From NCBI GenBank assembly GCA_003990765.1, contig RBNJ01000278.1, positions 1 through 34,303 of the forward strand: a stretch of DNA of 34,303 nucleotides. The letters run 5' to 3'. The stretch's first letter is position 1; each line of letters starts with the position of its first letter. The notes under the pieces were generated by a model. The model made no database searches and was not told the DNA's origin. It worked only from the letters and a program-made list of their open reading frames with translations. The DNA comes from Jimgerdemannia flammicorona. Its lineage: Eukaryota. Positions 12,843 to 24,789 of this stretch are shown here, in pieces. Made by a program: the position numbers and the translations under genes.

Positions 12843-15800
12843 TCAATATCCGGGAATGTTGGGCAATGCGTCCATGGGTGGAAACCTTCCGTCATTCTGC
12901 ACGTTGGTCAGTGTCCTCGTATCGAGTATGTTATGTTCCGAAATCGTGGACGGACGCAGCGACGACTCCATGCAGGGGCCAACGAGGTTGGAGGGGAAGA
13001 AGCCCCGCCCGCTCTCGCACTCGCCGTACCACCAGCCTGAAGGAGAGGCCCGGAAAACTTCAATCGTCTGTCCCCGCTTGAAGGTAAGGTGGTCCGATTG
13101 ATTCTTAGTTAGATTGTAATCTACCAAAGCCTCAACTACGTCGGGAATATTTTCAAACACTGTATTTAAAAGAGGTTTGGTGTGAGTGGCGATGGATATG
13201 AGATATTGCGGTCGGCTATGATGGAACCTACCATCCGAGAACTGCTTGGCCGGGCCCCACTTCAGGATTTGCTGCTGTTGAGCCTCAATATAATCCCCCT
13301 GATTTTTGTGGGCTGTTTTTCCGTAAGCCTCGATTTCAACATCGTGTGCTATCGTTCGGAGAGGAAGAAAAGAAAAATAACATAAGATATTAGTTTTGTT
13401 GAAACCAATTATAATAAACAATCGAGCGCATATATACCAATGTAGTAAACATAGGGCGGGAACCAGTCCGTCCTGTGCCGCTGCCAATAAACATCGAGAA
13501 GCGGGTGAAGCTCGATATCGGCCACAATTTGTACAAACAGGAGGAGCCAAAGGCGTTGTCCAGATTTGAGAGCTGTGTTGTAGACATTGTTGACTAGGGT
13601 AGTAATTTCGGGAAAGTGCGATTAGTTTGGGGTTTATTCCTCAGAGTCATCAAAATATTCATTAAATGCAAACTCCACACAGCCTTCGCAAAATAAATAG
13701 GGTATGTCTACTCACGAAGGGCGATGAGGACGTTCAAGAACAGGATGTTTGTTACCACGGCAAAGATAACCATCACGCCCATGATGCTGGGGTCCGATTG
13801 GAATCTATGCGCATGTGTTGTAATATATAAGTCAATTAGCCAGGTGACGACAAGCACTGCTCTCTACCCTAACAACTTTTTGTCTCCCGTTCCCACCCGA
13901 AAAAGGTGCAACACGAAATAAACAAATAAACTTACATTGCCATCGTTGCATAGTTTTGGGATGTGAAAAAGAAAACATTACCCAAGACCGTTTTGAAGTC
14001 CTGATAGAAATTATCGCCAGATGGATCGAACGGAAAAGCACTCAAGCTGACATTTTCATTGCCAATGGTGCCATTAATAATGTTAAAAGCCGTGGTATTT
14101 GGGCTGGAATGCTTCAGGTGTTCATAGAAGGCCTGTGCAAAAGCTAAAAAGGCCATCGCAAGCACGATCAGGAAAGGGACCATCTTTTTGATGATCTTTG
14201 CATGCGGATTAAAATCGGATTCATCATTAAAAATAGGTGTCAATTCTTGAAGGAATGATTTCGGTGCAAGTCTGTCAAGTATCATACCTCGCTTATTACG
14301 GCAACAAAGATTCCAATAGGTTTAAAAACACGGAGCAGCATCATCTATAAGAGGAGAAAACTCGAGTTTGTTCTGGGTATTCAAAAACAAAAAACAAAAA
14401 AAGAAAAGAAAATGGGCCAAAAGTACCGCATAGAAACACACTCACCAAGCGAAACCAGACCAGAAGCACACTGGTTGGGCGGAGAAGAATTGGCATGGGG
14501 GCACCAGACACGAGATAAATCACGTATACAATTGGTAGGATGAATGCACCGAGCTCGAAAAGATTGGATAATGTAACAATGTATGCTCGGAAACGATGGT
14601 AGCATTTTAACAACTCCATAACGATGGACACGGCCGCCATCCCACAAACGACCACAGAATACCGTTTCTGCACTTCGGATAGTTGGTTGTCTTTGGGGGC
14701 TTCCGTTTCAAGTAACATTGTGAAGAATGTATAGTAGACAAGATACAATGCGAACATCGCGAAGAACCTCGTGCGAGCGAATGCTCGCCATTTCTAGAAT
14801 AGACAAAGGACGATCTAAGGACCACTGGAACACACTAGGGAGCGCAGCTTGTACGTGTACTTACTTGGTATACAACGGCCTCCAAAACCGGTTCCGCAAT
14901 CTCAACAACTTTTCGCTCAGCCGTTTTTCCGGCAATGCGGGCAAATGTACTCCTTCTAGTTCCTTCGTAGGAGCATAAATTGAGAAAAGGAACGACGCAG
15001 ACATGCGCAGGCCTCAGCCGAGGCTCGAACATTGGAAACCATTTCCTCAACTGCTTCAGTGACAACTCTGCCGAATACTTGAAACACCATCCGAATCCAT
15101 AGAGGAAAGCAGACCACGTATACGAGACGCTGCTGTTGGGGAATTCGACGTGGTTGGCGGGTTGAATAATCGGATATAAGTGGTTGTGGGGTGTCAAAAT
15201 CTCCATGTCGCGGTTTAAAAGACCTTCAGGCGAGCGTTTCTGACACAGAAAAATCGGTTTTTGGACATTGGGAAGGATGCCAACTTGGTAGGATAGAGCT
15301 CGCGCAATTTCTCCAACCAGCGCCGGGTTCTCATCCATCAAGTCTGGAATCTGCTGCTGGAGTAAGAGGCCGTACGCGGTTTCGCCACGTTGGATCTGGC
15401 GGATCATCCATCGAATAATCTTGCCCTCGACTACAGGGTCGCCCACGTAATCGAACAAGGTGTTTGGGATTTTGTCCGATTCGTAAATCCAGGAGAAGAT
15501 GCAACGGCGGTAATTTCGGTAGGTGGCAAAGACAGCATCGAGATCTTGAAAGTTGAAGAGATACAGAATGGGAGAGTGAAACAGGCGAATGTCGATGCGA
15601 GGAAACCGATGCCTTGGGATGTATTCAGCGAGAATCTGAATGATTTGAACCGTGAGGTATGTAAGGTCTTTGGTCTTGTGTGGTGGTGCCCACTTGATTC
15701 TCTTTTCCGTGATCATTCTCGAAAGTAGTAAGAAGTATCGGCAGCCACTGAATGCCTTTTGCTCTTGAGTTGATGTCCCCATGACAATTTCGTGATGTGT

Positions 15801-17635
15801 CTTGAATTCTGGTTGATCACCACTCTTCGGAGTAGTTACGCTCACGAACACTCTCACAGTTGCATTCTCTATGACAGCCTTCGTCTGGAGCTTGTTGATC
15901 GTGTTTGGCTGTTGTGCGCTGAGTCGACCTGGCTTGGGGATGCACCAGAAATCTTGAAGCTGGTAGTCGCATTCAATATTCAGTCGCGACCACAGCTGCA
16001 CGGTCATGACCGTAACGACAAGGACGGCGCCTTCCTTGGTCACTGCAAAATGGCATGGTCCACGGAAAGGCTCATCTTCGATGAACGGCTGAAACGTAAA
16101 ACTTTTCGGTTCACAAACTGGTGGTTTCAACGCACTCGTCACGCAGCAGATATAGAAATACTGATCTTTGTCATCTTCAACTTTCATTAACCAATCAGCG
16201 CCTTCGTAATTTACCCTCCAGTTTTCCTCCGGCTTATCTGGCTTCGATTCAGATGCCGAGATCCCCTCTTCCGCTTGACTTTCATCTGACGGTCCAGGTA
16301 CCAGCGATTTTGTCACGATCCCCCCTTCCGCTCCTTCTGCTTGACTAAGGCAGTAGTGCTTTTGACTGTGGAGCCAACTTTCCTTTGTTTGTTTGACTGG
16401 ATCCTTGAGTAGTGAGCCTGTGTTGACGTCGTAGACATGGATTCCCTCAGAAGCTACGATGATGAGTTTGTCGCCTGCGTCGTGGAAGATTAACTTTTGG
16501 GGTTTTATCTTGGCCTTCCATCGCATAATTTCGAGTCCGGTCTTTGTGAGCAGTATATGCACGGTTATGTATCGACTTCCCAGCACATAGAAATTAGAGT
16601 CGAATTAGTGAAGAAACGGCAAAAACAAAAATCAAAACAAATAATACATAAGAATAAACATAAATTAACAAAATACCTATCGATAACAGTTTTACAAAAG
16701 TTTGAAAGAACAGCGAACCGGGATCCATCGGATGACAGAGCAAAACGGGACCGCCATCGGGAATCCATAGGAGCAATGTTGCGCAACATCAACTCGCGAA
16801 GCTGGTACGAATCCTTGTGAAGCTGCGGGATGGACTGATACATGAGTGATAAGCGGTCCATTTTTCGATGTAGGGCTGTGACATTGTAATCGAGGTCAAG
16901 AGATCGGACGATGTTGCAAATGTCGAAGTATATTGTACGGGTGACGGTAAGATCTGGCAGGTGATACACTCGCAGGTAAGGCGGGCAACAATGGATCATG
17001 CTTTCGCTGCTGAGGAGATTATCATCACCAAAGAAAACGGTGCCGCTGCGCAGTTTGAGTTCCTGTATCTGGCCATCTGTACGTCGCCCTTCCTCGACAC
17101 TTCTGGGATCTTGCGAGGCAGGAGGACGGTTGGTGTCTGTATCGCCAGCGTTACTGAGCTTCCTGACGATGGACACAAAATTGTCTTCCTTACGGGGCGC
17201 AAGCCAGTCACCTTCGGCACACCAACGTTTGTAGGTGTATAGGATTTGGCCATTCATCACCGGCTTGTCGAGATCATCGTAGTCATCATTGTGCGGATTT
17301 TTCCTGGGTATAAATGACACAGCGCAGATGTCTCCCGAGTTGGCCACGGTGACGGACATGTTTACGGGCTCGCCAGTTTGGAGGATTTTGTGAATGTCGA
17401 TTTTTGTCTCGTACATAGCGGCTTTGTTTTCGAGCGTTGTCTGTTTGCCACCGTCGGGGGCCCGCCAGACCCGAACCACAACTTGTCCACCTTTTTGGTT
17501 CAGCGAAGCTACGAAATTGCCATTACTTGACATTTCAATAGACAGGATGTCACCTTCGCTCTGTGGAGGATTCAATATCGTGTCGCTTGACAGGGATTGC
17601 AGTTCGGTGCCGTACTCATTCGAGTCAGTCATCAT
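12843..17635 (-). CDS. TRP-like (transient receptor potential) 6-TM cation channel with long, possibly WD40/beta-propeller-like N-terminus and C-terminal SH3 domain; ~1361 aa, 8 exons
   Basis: Exons (minus): 17635-16677, 16575-14865, 14793-14446, 14344-14288, 14195-13936, 13804-13716, 13593-13438, 13348-12843. All introns are GT-AG with matching phases; total 4086 nt with no internal stop. Motifs: pre-S1 VCVVPFLNLCSY...PVLEAVVYQKWRAFAR, S4-S5 linker LLRVFKPIGIFV, S5 MVPFLIVLAMAFLAFAQAFY, pore FKTVLGNVFFFTSQNY, S6 ILFLNVLIALLNNVY, TRP-helix-like RLWLLLFVQIVADIEL, WQRHRTDWFPPYVYY. Start at the first ATG (MMTDS); the ORF track's 17668 start is TTG. Confidence 0.9.
12981..13139 (-). other. SH3 domain within the last exon of the TRP-like gene
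   Basis: VVEALVDYNLTKNQSDHLTFKRGQTIEVFRASPSGWWYGECESGRGFFPSNLV matches SH3 hallmarks (ALYDY, LxFxxGxxI, GWWxG, GxFPxNYV). Confidence 0.92.
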
Positions 17636-17760
17636 TGAGGTTTGGAGCTTGTTGCGGATACTAGGCAATGGTAGGTTAAGGGTGAGGTGCTGTTCAGCGG
17701 ATACGATACAGCTGAAAGACGTCGAAAGTGGGGCTTTTATTTATCTATTAGGTTGGCCCC

Positions 17761-17763
<3 letters not shown>

Positions 17764-17803
<40 letters not shown>

Positions 17804-17846
17804 CGGGTTTACTTTTTTGCCTTTTTTTTTTTTTTTTTTTTTTTTT
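17764..17846. promoter_or_regulatory. Two poly(dA:dT) tracts (T38 at 17764-17801, T25 at 17822-17846), 130-210 bp upstream of the TRP gene ATG
   Basis: Tracts seen directly. A nucleosome-depleting promoter role is inferred from general fungal knowledge; homopolymer lengths may be affected by sequencing error. Confidence 0.45.
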
Positions 17847-18229
17847 ATCCTTAGTATAGCCGCAGTAACGTTTGCACACTTTGTATTCTGGAACTGGCTC
17901 CATAGATTTTCCAGGCAACGGTTAGATGTCTCAAAGCGCAGAAGTCTTCGCTTTCGAGTGTTCTCTTGCGCAGTTGATTGCCTTAAGCAGCATCCGCAAT
18001 TTCCGCAGTTTGAATTCAAGCGATTTAAGATGCGAATTCTGACATTCTATGCAAACAGAGCTTACGACCCAAGCTGTTTGAAGAATTTCGGTTGCTTCAC
18101 GTCGGACGCTGGAAAATGCTATGACCAATTATACTCCAGAAGTAATACACTCAGCCTAATCCAAAATGTATGAATTGATGTTCCGATCTTAGTATTCGAA
18201 TCGGATCCAGCTCGATCAGGTAATCCGAG

Positions 18230-18420
18230 ACAGAACGACAGAACGGCGATTATAGAACGGCGGAACGATGATTATAGAATGACGAGCAAAGACGAAAAGA
18301 ATCGAGCGCCAATTAAACTATATGCATGGTACCAATCAATCAAATTGCGGTTGATCATGACATTCTATAATCGCCTTGTGGTTAGTATTCATTTTATAAT
18401 CGTCGTTCTGCGGTTAGTAT
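18230..18420. repeat. Small composite inverted repeat: two copies of gaacgrygattatagaa facing two copies of ttytataatcgyc; possible MITE remnant
   Basis: gaacggcgattatagaa and gaacgatgattatagaatg on the left; cattctataatcgcc and cattttataatcgtcgttctg on the right. Confidence 0.6.
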
Positions 18421-18899
18421 AGCCCTAGATCCCGAGATGACGTCTAGCAAAAGACTTTGATTATTACAATCTTAACGTACATATGTTTTTGAAGCTCTTC
18501 TGGAGTATATCGCCTCATACATATAAATAATCAACTAAATAATATTTTTATGAAGCCTTTTTGTCACATCTAGTATATGACTAAGGTCTCCAGATTACCA
18601 AAGGTCAGTGATTGCGGCGCGGAGTATATACAAGGATAAAAAGCACAAAGATTTGAATACATCCCAAAGGAATGTCACAACGACCGATGATTCTGCACAT
18701 GAGTCCAGGATGGCAGCTCCTGTTGCCACCTTAAAGATGGCCGAGGATTGTGACATATCACACCATAGCAGGTACCACAACCACGACCCTATCATTTTTG
18801 AACGAGAGAGGAATGCAGGGATGAAGAAAACAAAGTTTAGAATTAGTCGACTATTCTGTTAGAAATGGAATGATGATAATACGATCGTTAAATAATATT

Positions 18900-20990
18900 T
18901 ACGGTAATTGTTTATCTGAGAGTCACTCGCATTCTCGCTGCCGAGTTTCTTTCCTCCTATGCAGTTTCTTGTGCGATTTGCCGATGTGCGAGTTTCGGGC
19001 TTCGAAAATTATAATCGATTGCTTTTGGACTTACTGCCTATCGGGAGGGTGGCGGAAGAATCAGGCGGGGGCTGGTCGGTGTAGGAGTCCCTTATAAGAG
19101 ACCCGTTCTCGCCCTGGACGCGGTGGTTATGCGTTGTAGAGAATAAGAACGAAGATCGCCCTCGGCGGGGAGAACTCAAGAGCACGGAGAGGGAGATGGG
19201 GATGGGGATGGGATGGGGATGGGGATGGGAATGGGGATGGGGATGGGGATGGGAATGGGGATGGGGATGAGGATGGATGGAATGGATGGCGATGCGGCGA
19301 GTTGAGTAGAGTCGTTGGCATAGACGACGTCTCGCGGAGCCCATTCAAAAGGCGGTTGGGTTGATGTCGGTTGTCGAAACATCAATGGGCGGCTGAATAA
19401 CGATATCGGTTGAAGCCTCGACATGTTGGCTGGTACGGCGGGGGGTGCTGTGCTGTAGTTGAAGGGGTTGAAGGGTGGGTATGGCGAGTGGTGCTGTCGT
19501 TTTTGTAGTCGAAGGGTTGGGAACAGTTAGTAGGTTGGTAAATTATTCCTCTCCCTAATCCCAAAAAAACAAAAGCGCCATGGCAGTGGTTTAGTCCAGG
19601 GTTTCTGGTCCGTTTAGTGACGACGTCCGCCTCCACATTTCCTTATCAAACCTTATCTGCAGATCCCAATTCCCATGGTCCATCACTCCTTCGACGACTG
19701 GCGGTAACCATGTCTGTTCGCTTCTGATTCGTGACATCTTGATAGCAGGATGAGCTACCCCAGTACGTCTACCAATCGTCTCGACCACGGACGTCAACCA
19801 GAATGACGGAAGGTCCAAACGGGTACCTGAACTTTCGGACATAGGTAAGTGCCTCTTACTTGGGTGAAAATGAGTCCCATATAGTGAGGTGCACCAGGAA
19901 TCTTGCCAAAACATTATTTCCGCCACCGCTAGAGGTTTTAGGGAAGGGTTTATTGTTTGGAGAGAGGTTAGCGTCAGTTATTTCGGGTCTGCGTGGTCGT
20001 TGGGTTGACCTTTTTTTCGATATCCATGGTGGTTAACTCAGTATTGACGTCCGTATTGACAGGGATTTCGGGCTCTTGCACACTGACTTCCTCTTCCTCT
20101 TCCTTGGGTGGAGTATGGTTTGCGAACTGTCTCCATGACTAACGAGTGTTCTTGGCTGGGGGGCGGCTGTCCACCTATTGAATGATTGCGTGCTGATCGT
20201 TTCTTCGTCGTCGAAATGTCGTGCAGCTGGTCTTGTCTAGGTCAGCAACCAGTCCCGTATTGACTGATGGCTCCGCTTCTATAGTGAACGCCTGCGTGCC
20301 GACCTCTTCGTCTTCTTCGTCGTCGTCATTCTCTCCGTCCGAGGTATTGCTTGTCCTGCTGTCAAGGCCTCCGCCTATCGTCTCGGCACCTCTACGATGA
20401 TCTCTGATTCCTTGCGCACGATTTTCATGCTATGGGTTTGAAACGGACGGGCATCGTCGTCGGGTAAGCTTTGATACGCGGTGGGATCAGAATTATAGAG
20501 GTAGCCCTGATTAGGCAAACGGTTTGCGCCGGTGACCGGGTTGGGCTCTCGTGTTTGCCGGACAGAGTCTAGCAATATTCCCTTCTTCGCATTCATAGTA
20601 CGGCGGACATTGTCGTTCGTTGCTGTTGTATCTGTTTGTTCATTGCCACGCTTACTGCCTTTCATACTATCTCCGTTATCTCCTCATTGCTAGACACGGG
20701 CATCATTGCCAAGGCGGCCATCGTGATTGGTGTAGTCGTATCGATCGGAATTTGCCCTTGTCCCTGCATCAACGGAGCTGCCAAAGGGCTCGTCGAAAAA
20801 TTCGGCTGCGGCATTGGGTAAGGATTGGCGGGCTGCTGGTGTGCCTTGCTGTCCAAATGCTCGAGCGAAGTGTGGAGACACTGTGGGGACGAACAGGGTT
20901 GGGCGGAAGATTCTTATTTGACCGACGTAGTCCTCCCAGGCCCCTTTGCGCTGCGCATAGGACATGTCGAATCCTTCGTTATTCATCCTG
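18900..20990 (-). pseudogene. Disrupted gene(s) of unknown function in duplication copy A (acidic/low-complexity N-terminal part, His-Pro-rich C-terminal part)
   Basis: Fragmented minus ORFs (20690-21187, 20662-20856, 20375-20665, 19591-19926, 19009-19424) share peptides with copy B (DEEVGTQAFTxEAEPSVNTGLVA, FWQxxWxTSLYG, PTSTQPP, NGLRETSSMP) but switch frames with no clean intron model. Confidence 0.55.
19195..19290. repeat. (GGGGAT)n hexanucleotide microsatellite, encoding His-Pro repeats on the minus strand
   Basis: Seen directly; imperfect, with 5-bp units that shift the frame. Confidence 0.9.
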
Positions 20991-22079
20991 GCGGGTGCAA
21001 TCACATCGATGTGTATTGACAAAAGAGTAAATTGGCTCGCGCGAATGACTGTCCGCAGTGTCAAGCACACCGTCCCAGAGTCCAGAGTACACACAACATA
21101 GTGTTGTAAGCTAAAATATAATCCAATAAAAAAGCACAGAGATATGTGAGAAACTATAAAACCACAGTGGCCAACCAGTTCGGTCACGACTTTCTAAATT
21201 GACTGCATACGTATGTAGTTGTGTGGTGAATATGCGCAGAAGCATCATCGCGTCATTCGTATCCAACTGGGTTGCATAACACATACACATTACTCCTATT
21301 TAAAGATACATCACGCGGTCGCGCAGGAATCAGGAACGGAAGACAGGCTTGTATTCGATGAAGTCCTTTTACATGTTGTCAATGATGGTAATTCTCCTCT
21401 TCGCAAAATGCATATCGTCGCTTTTCGTTCACAGCATTTCCTCTTCCTTAGTTTTAACATTCTAGCACATAATCAGGGACTACTTTATCATCTTTACGCG
21501 GCACAAGTTTGAAATAGACGCTTTGGTATTCAATGGTTGCTGTGATATCGTACAACTTGCATACGGAGCAGGCCAACTTGCTACAGGTTTGACCAATAAA
21601 GCAGAGCCAGGCTCCCTTTTGCTCGTTTCCTCCTGATTTGGTATTTTGTTACTTGTCTTCGGGATTTATGCTGGGGAAACAGGAACTAGTACTGTTTTGT
21701 CAATCTTCAAGATAATAGGACTAATTCAAAGTCTCCAATGCAATGATCGACGTGGGTCGATCAATATGCCATGTGTACATTCCGATTACGATTAGCCGTG
21801 CTATCATGGACTGGGGACGATCGGTGAAACCCATCCTTTCGCGACGTTAGTGGCTTGGATATCAGCTGACGTAACACGTGATTCCGATGTTGTAACTTAG
21901 TATTTTATTTATCAAGCAGCTATAATAAGTGTCTCGGTTGTGCTAAAATAAATAAATAAGAGAACGATGTAAACCTCTTTCATATTTTAAGATCCTTCGG
22001 AATGGCAGAATTGCTACAATTAAAAAACAAATCGCTTGACAATGACAGCTTTTGATGACATATTGTCTACAACAACATT

Positions 22080-23545
22080 GATGCTTCGAAAAAATATAAA
22101 TATACCACATTTTTCCAGAAAATTCGTAAACGCAACCCAGCCCCCAGTGTAAATGACGACCTGAGGATCAATTGGACCATTTTCCCTTCAAGCGGGGACG
22201 GGCCTTCTCAGATTGGTGGTACGGCGAGTGCAAGAGCAGGCAGGAACTTCTCCCTCTAACGTTTTTGGTTCCTGCACGGAGGAATCGTAATATCTCTCCA
22301 TTTTTGTAGGCTGTTTTCCGTAAGCTTCGATTTCAGCATCGTGCGCTATCGTTCGGAGAAAAAAAAAAAAAAAAACGTAAGATATCGGTTTTTCTCGAAG
22401 TCAATTACAATAAAATCAGGCGTATACATACTGATGTAGTAAACATAAGGTGGGAACCAGACCACCCTGGCATGCCGCTGACAATAAACATCTAGAAACG
22501 GGTGAAGCTTAGGAGTCAAAGACGTTGTCCAGATTCGAGAGACATGTTGCAGACATTGTTGACTAGGGTAGTAATTTTGGAAAAGTGCGATTAGTTTGGG
22601 GTTTGTTCTTCAAAGCAATCCGAGTATTCACTTGATTTCATTAAATGCAATAAATGGGGTCTGTCTACTTAGGAAGTGCGTTAAAGAGCAGGGTGTTGGT
22701 TACCACGGCAAATATAAACATCGCGCCCGTGATGCTGGGTTCCGATTGGGTGTCTAAGCGCATGTGTTGTGAAGTGAGGTGCATATATAAATCACTTGGC
22801 CAGATGACGACAAGAATCCCCCCCACACACACATGGAAACACACTCACCAGCCGAAACCAGCCTAAAAGCGCACTTGCTGGACGGAGAAGAATTGGCATG
22901 GGTTCACCAAGTTTGAGGTCGCTTACGTATACGATTGGTAGGATGAATGTACCGAGCTCGAAGACATTGCATGGAGTGACAATGTATCCTCGGAACCATG
23001 GCAACTCTGTAACGATGAATAGGACTGCCATCCCGCGAACGACCCCAGAATACCATTTCTGCTCTTCGGACAGTTGATTTCTTTGGGTTCTTTCTTTTCG
23101 AGTTCGAGTAACATTGCGAAGAGCGCGCAGTAGACAAAATAGAACGTGAACATCACGAAGAACTTGTGTGAGCGGATGTTTGACATTTCAAAATTTCAGT
23201 CGCCATACTTCCCGAGGATCACTGGAGTACACAAGTGAGCGTAGCTTGTACTTATACTTGGTATACGACGGCCTCCCAAACCGGTTCTGCAATCTCAACA
23301 CTTTTCACTCGGCCGTTCTCCGGGCAATGCGGACAAACGTACTCCCTCTAGTTCCTTCGTAGGAAAATGGATTGAGAAAAGAAACAACGCAGACGTCATC
23401 CGGGGCCTAAACATTGGAAACCATTCCCTCGGCCGTCTCTGCCAAATACTTGAAACACCACCCGAATCCACAGAGCAAAGCAGAAAACGCATACGAGACA
23501 CTGCTGTTGGAGAATTCGATGTGGTTGGTGAATTGAATCTCGACA
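22080..23545 (-). pseudogene. Truncated, rearranged pseudogene paralog of the TRP-SH3 gene (3' third, introns retained)
   Basis: Collinear similarity to ~12740-15170: NHIEFSNSSVSYAFSALLCGFGWCFKY, FFVMFTFYFVYCALFAMLLE, FELGTFILPIVYV...PMPILLRPASALLGWFRL, S6 exon at ~22670-22755. Frameshifts, loss of exons 4-5, inverted SH3 piece. Confidence 0.9.
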
Positions 23546-24789
23546 TTGTTCCGCCTCACTGCCAGAGATTTGCGGTACCGTGTTGCATTCTGCACAGAAT
23601 ATCTTCTGCCAGAATGTATTGGCAATGCCAAACCGGTTTTCCGCGGTGTTGGGGAGCCATTTATAGGGCGATGTATCTCGCGGATATTTTGATCGTGAGT
23701 TGGTCCAAGTAATGCCAACTAATGTACTATGCAATTATCCGGCAGCAAATGTAACCTGAAAATTGTCGATCGTGCGACACTAATCTCAGGCTGGGCGGAA
23801 TCACGTGAGGCCTGCAAGGATTCAGAATGCGGAACCAAAAAGAGACCCAGAATGCGGAACCAAAACGAGATCCACAAGGGGCACAAAGTGCTGCGCACAA
23901 GATGCGGAACTGAAACAAGAATTCTATCGGGAAACGCGGTTTGGGAAAACTCACTTAGGGTTCAAGTGTCCCGATTCAGATTTCGTTGGGTCTATCATAA
24001 ATAAAGAGCAATATGCGTTCGTGCAAAAGTTTGAAATGTTCATTGTATCTACCTAGCCGACGGATGCATCTCTAGGCACAACCCAGGAATGAGCATCACA
24101 TCCAATACAACGATTCTAATTCGATGAATGTATCATTGGGTTTGGTGAGCGAACACTGTGCAGCCTTTGCTATCGGGAACGTAATATATGGGGCTATTGG
24201 TATGATTGCCCTTTCGATTCGGTTTGAACTCCGTTTTGCAGTTCCTCTGTCTCATCGACACAGCCTCATACACCAACGCAAGATTCGGATCCGGGTTCCT
24301 ACAAATGCACGGAAGTTCGGTAGTTCAATGGCATGAATGTTCTTTTGAGCTTGGGTAAAGCAGCACTTTTGTTCAATCAAGCTTTCTTGTCAATTGTCGT
24401 CCGTGGCAAAGACCCAATTACTGTCATAATGCTTCCGGTAAGAAGGTGCTATTACTTTTTAACTACAACTTTGAAATGTGAATTCAATAGGCGACTTTTG
24501 TGGCATATAGGCTTCGTGTTCATAAATTATTTACATATCGAAGAATATCACAAATGGATTACGAAGCAAATAAAAGCACAAAATTGGTTATTTCTCGAAA
24601 GACACAGGTCATTTTTTGAGATATTACTCGCAAAGGCACAGTACAAAATGGATTATTTTTTGGATGGCATAGGCATAGAAAGGTTGAGCGTCGCCGATCA
24701 GAGGGGCGTGGATGCTGAAACCTGGGTTTTTCAATTAGCCTGTTTCCCGTTACACCGTCTGTGTAGACCTCACAGGCTTTAGGCGATTT

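Larger units (their letters stand above)
18430..21760 (+). repeat. Copy A of a ~3.3 kb diverged direct segmental duplication (copy B ~29310-32545)
   Basis: Collinear shared blocks: caatcttaacgtac, gatttgaatacatccca, ttagtcgactattct, gacgacgtctcgcggagcccattcaa, gacgtcaaccagaatg, cagcaaccagtcccgtattgactgatggctc, catcattgccaaggcggccatcgtgat, ggaaacaggaactagtac. Confidence 0.92.

Noticed and set aside
12843..13550. Stand-alone 235-aa SH3 protein as in the ORF track
   Set aside because: Its N-terminal part is an off-frame reading of exon 7 plus intron 7; splice phases join the SH3 exon to the channel.
17394..18173. 259-aa plus-strand ORF and 92-aa poly-Lys ORF (17741-18019)
   Set aside because: Both are kept open by homopolymer tracts (poly-F, poly-K), and the first is partly antisense to TRP exon 1; no recognisable domain.
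23822..23920. Short direct repeats (cagaatgcggaaccaaaa, two copies plus one partial)
   Set aside because: Too short and few to assign any function or element.
24333..24782. 149-aa plus-strand ORF
   Set aside because: No motif, homolog or splice support that I can recognise; left uncalled.
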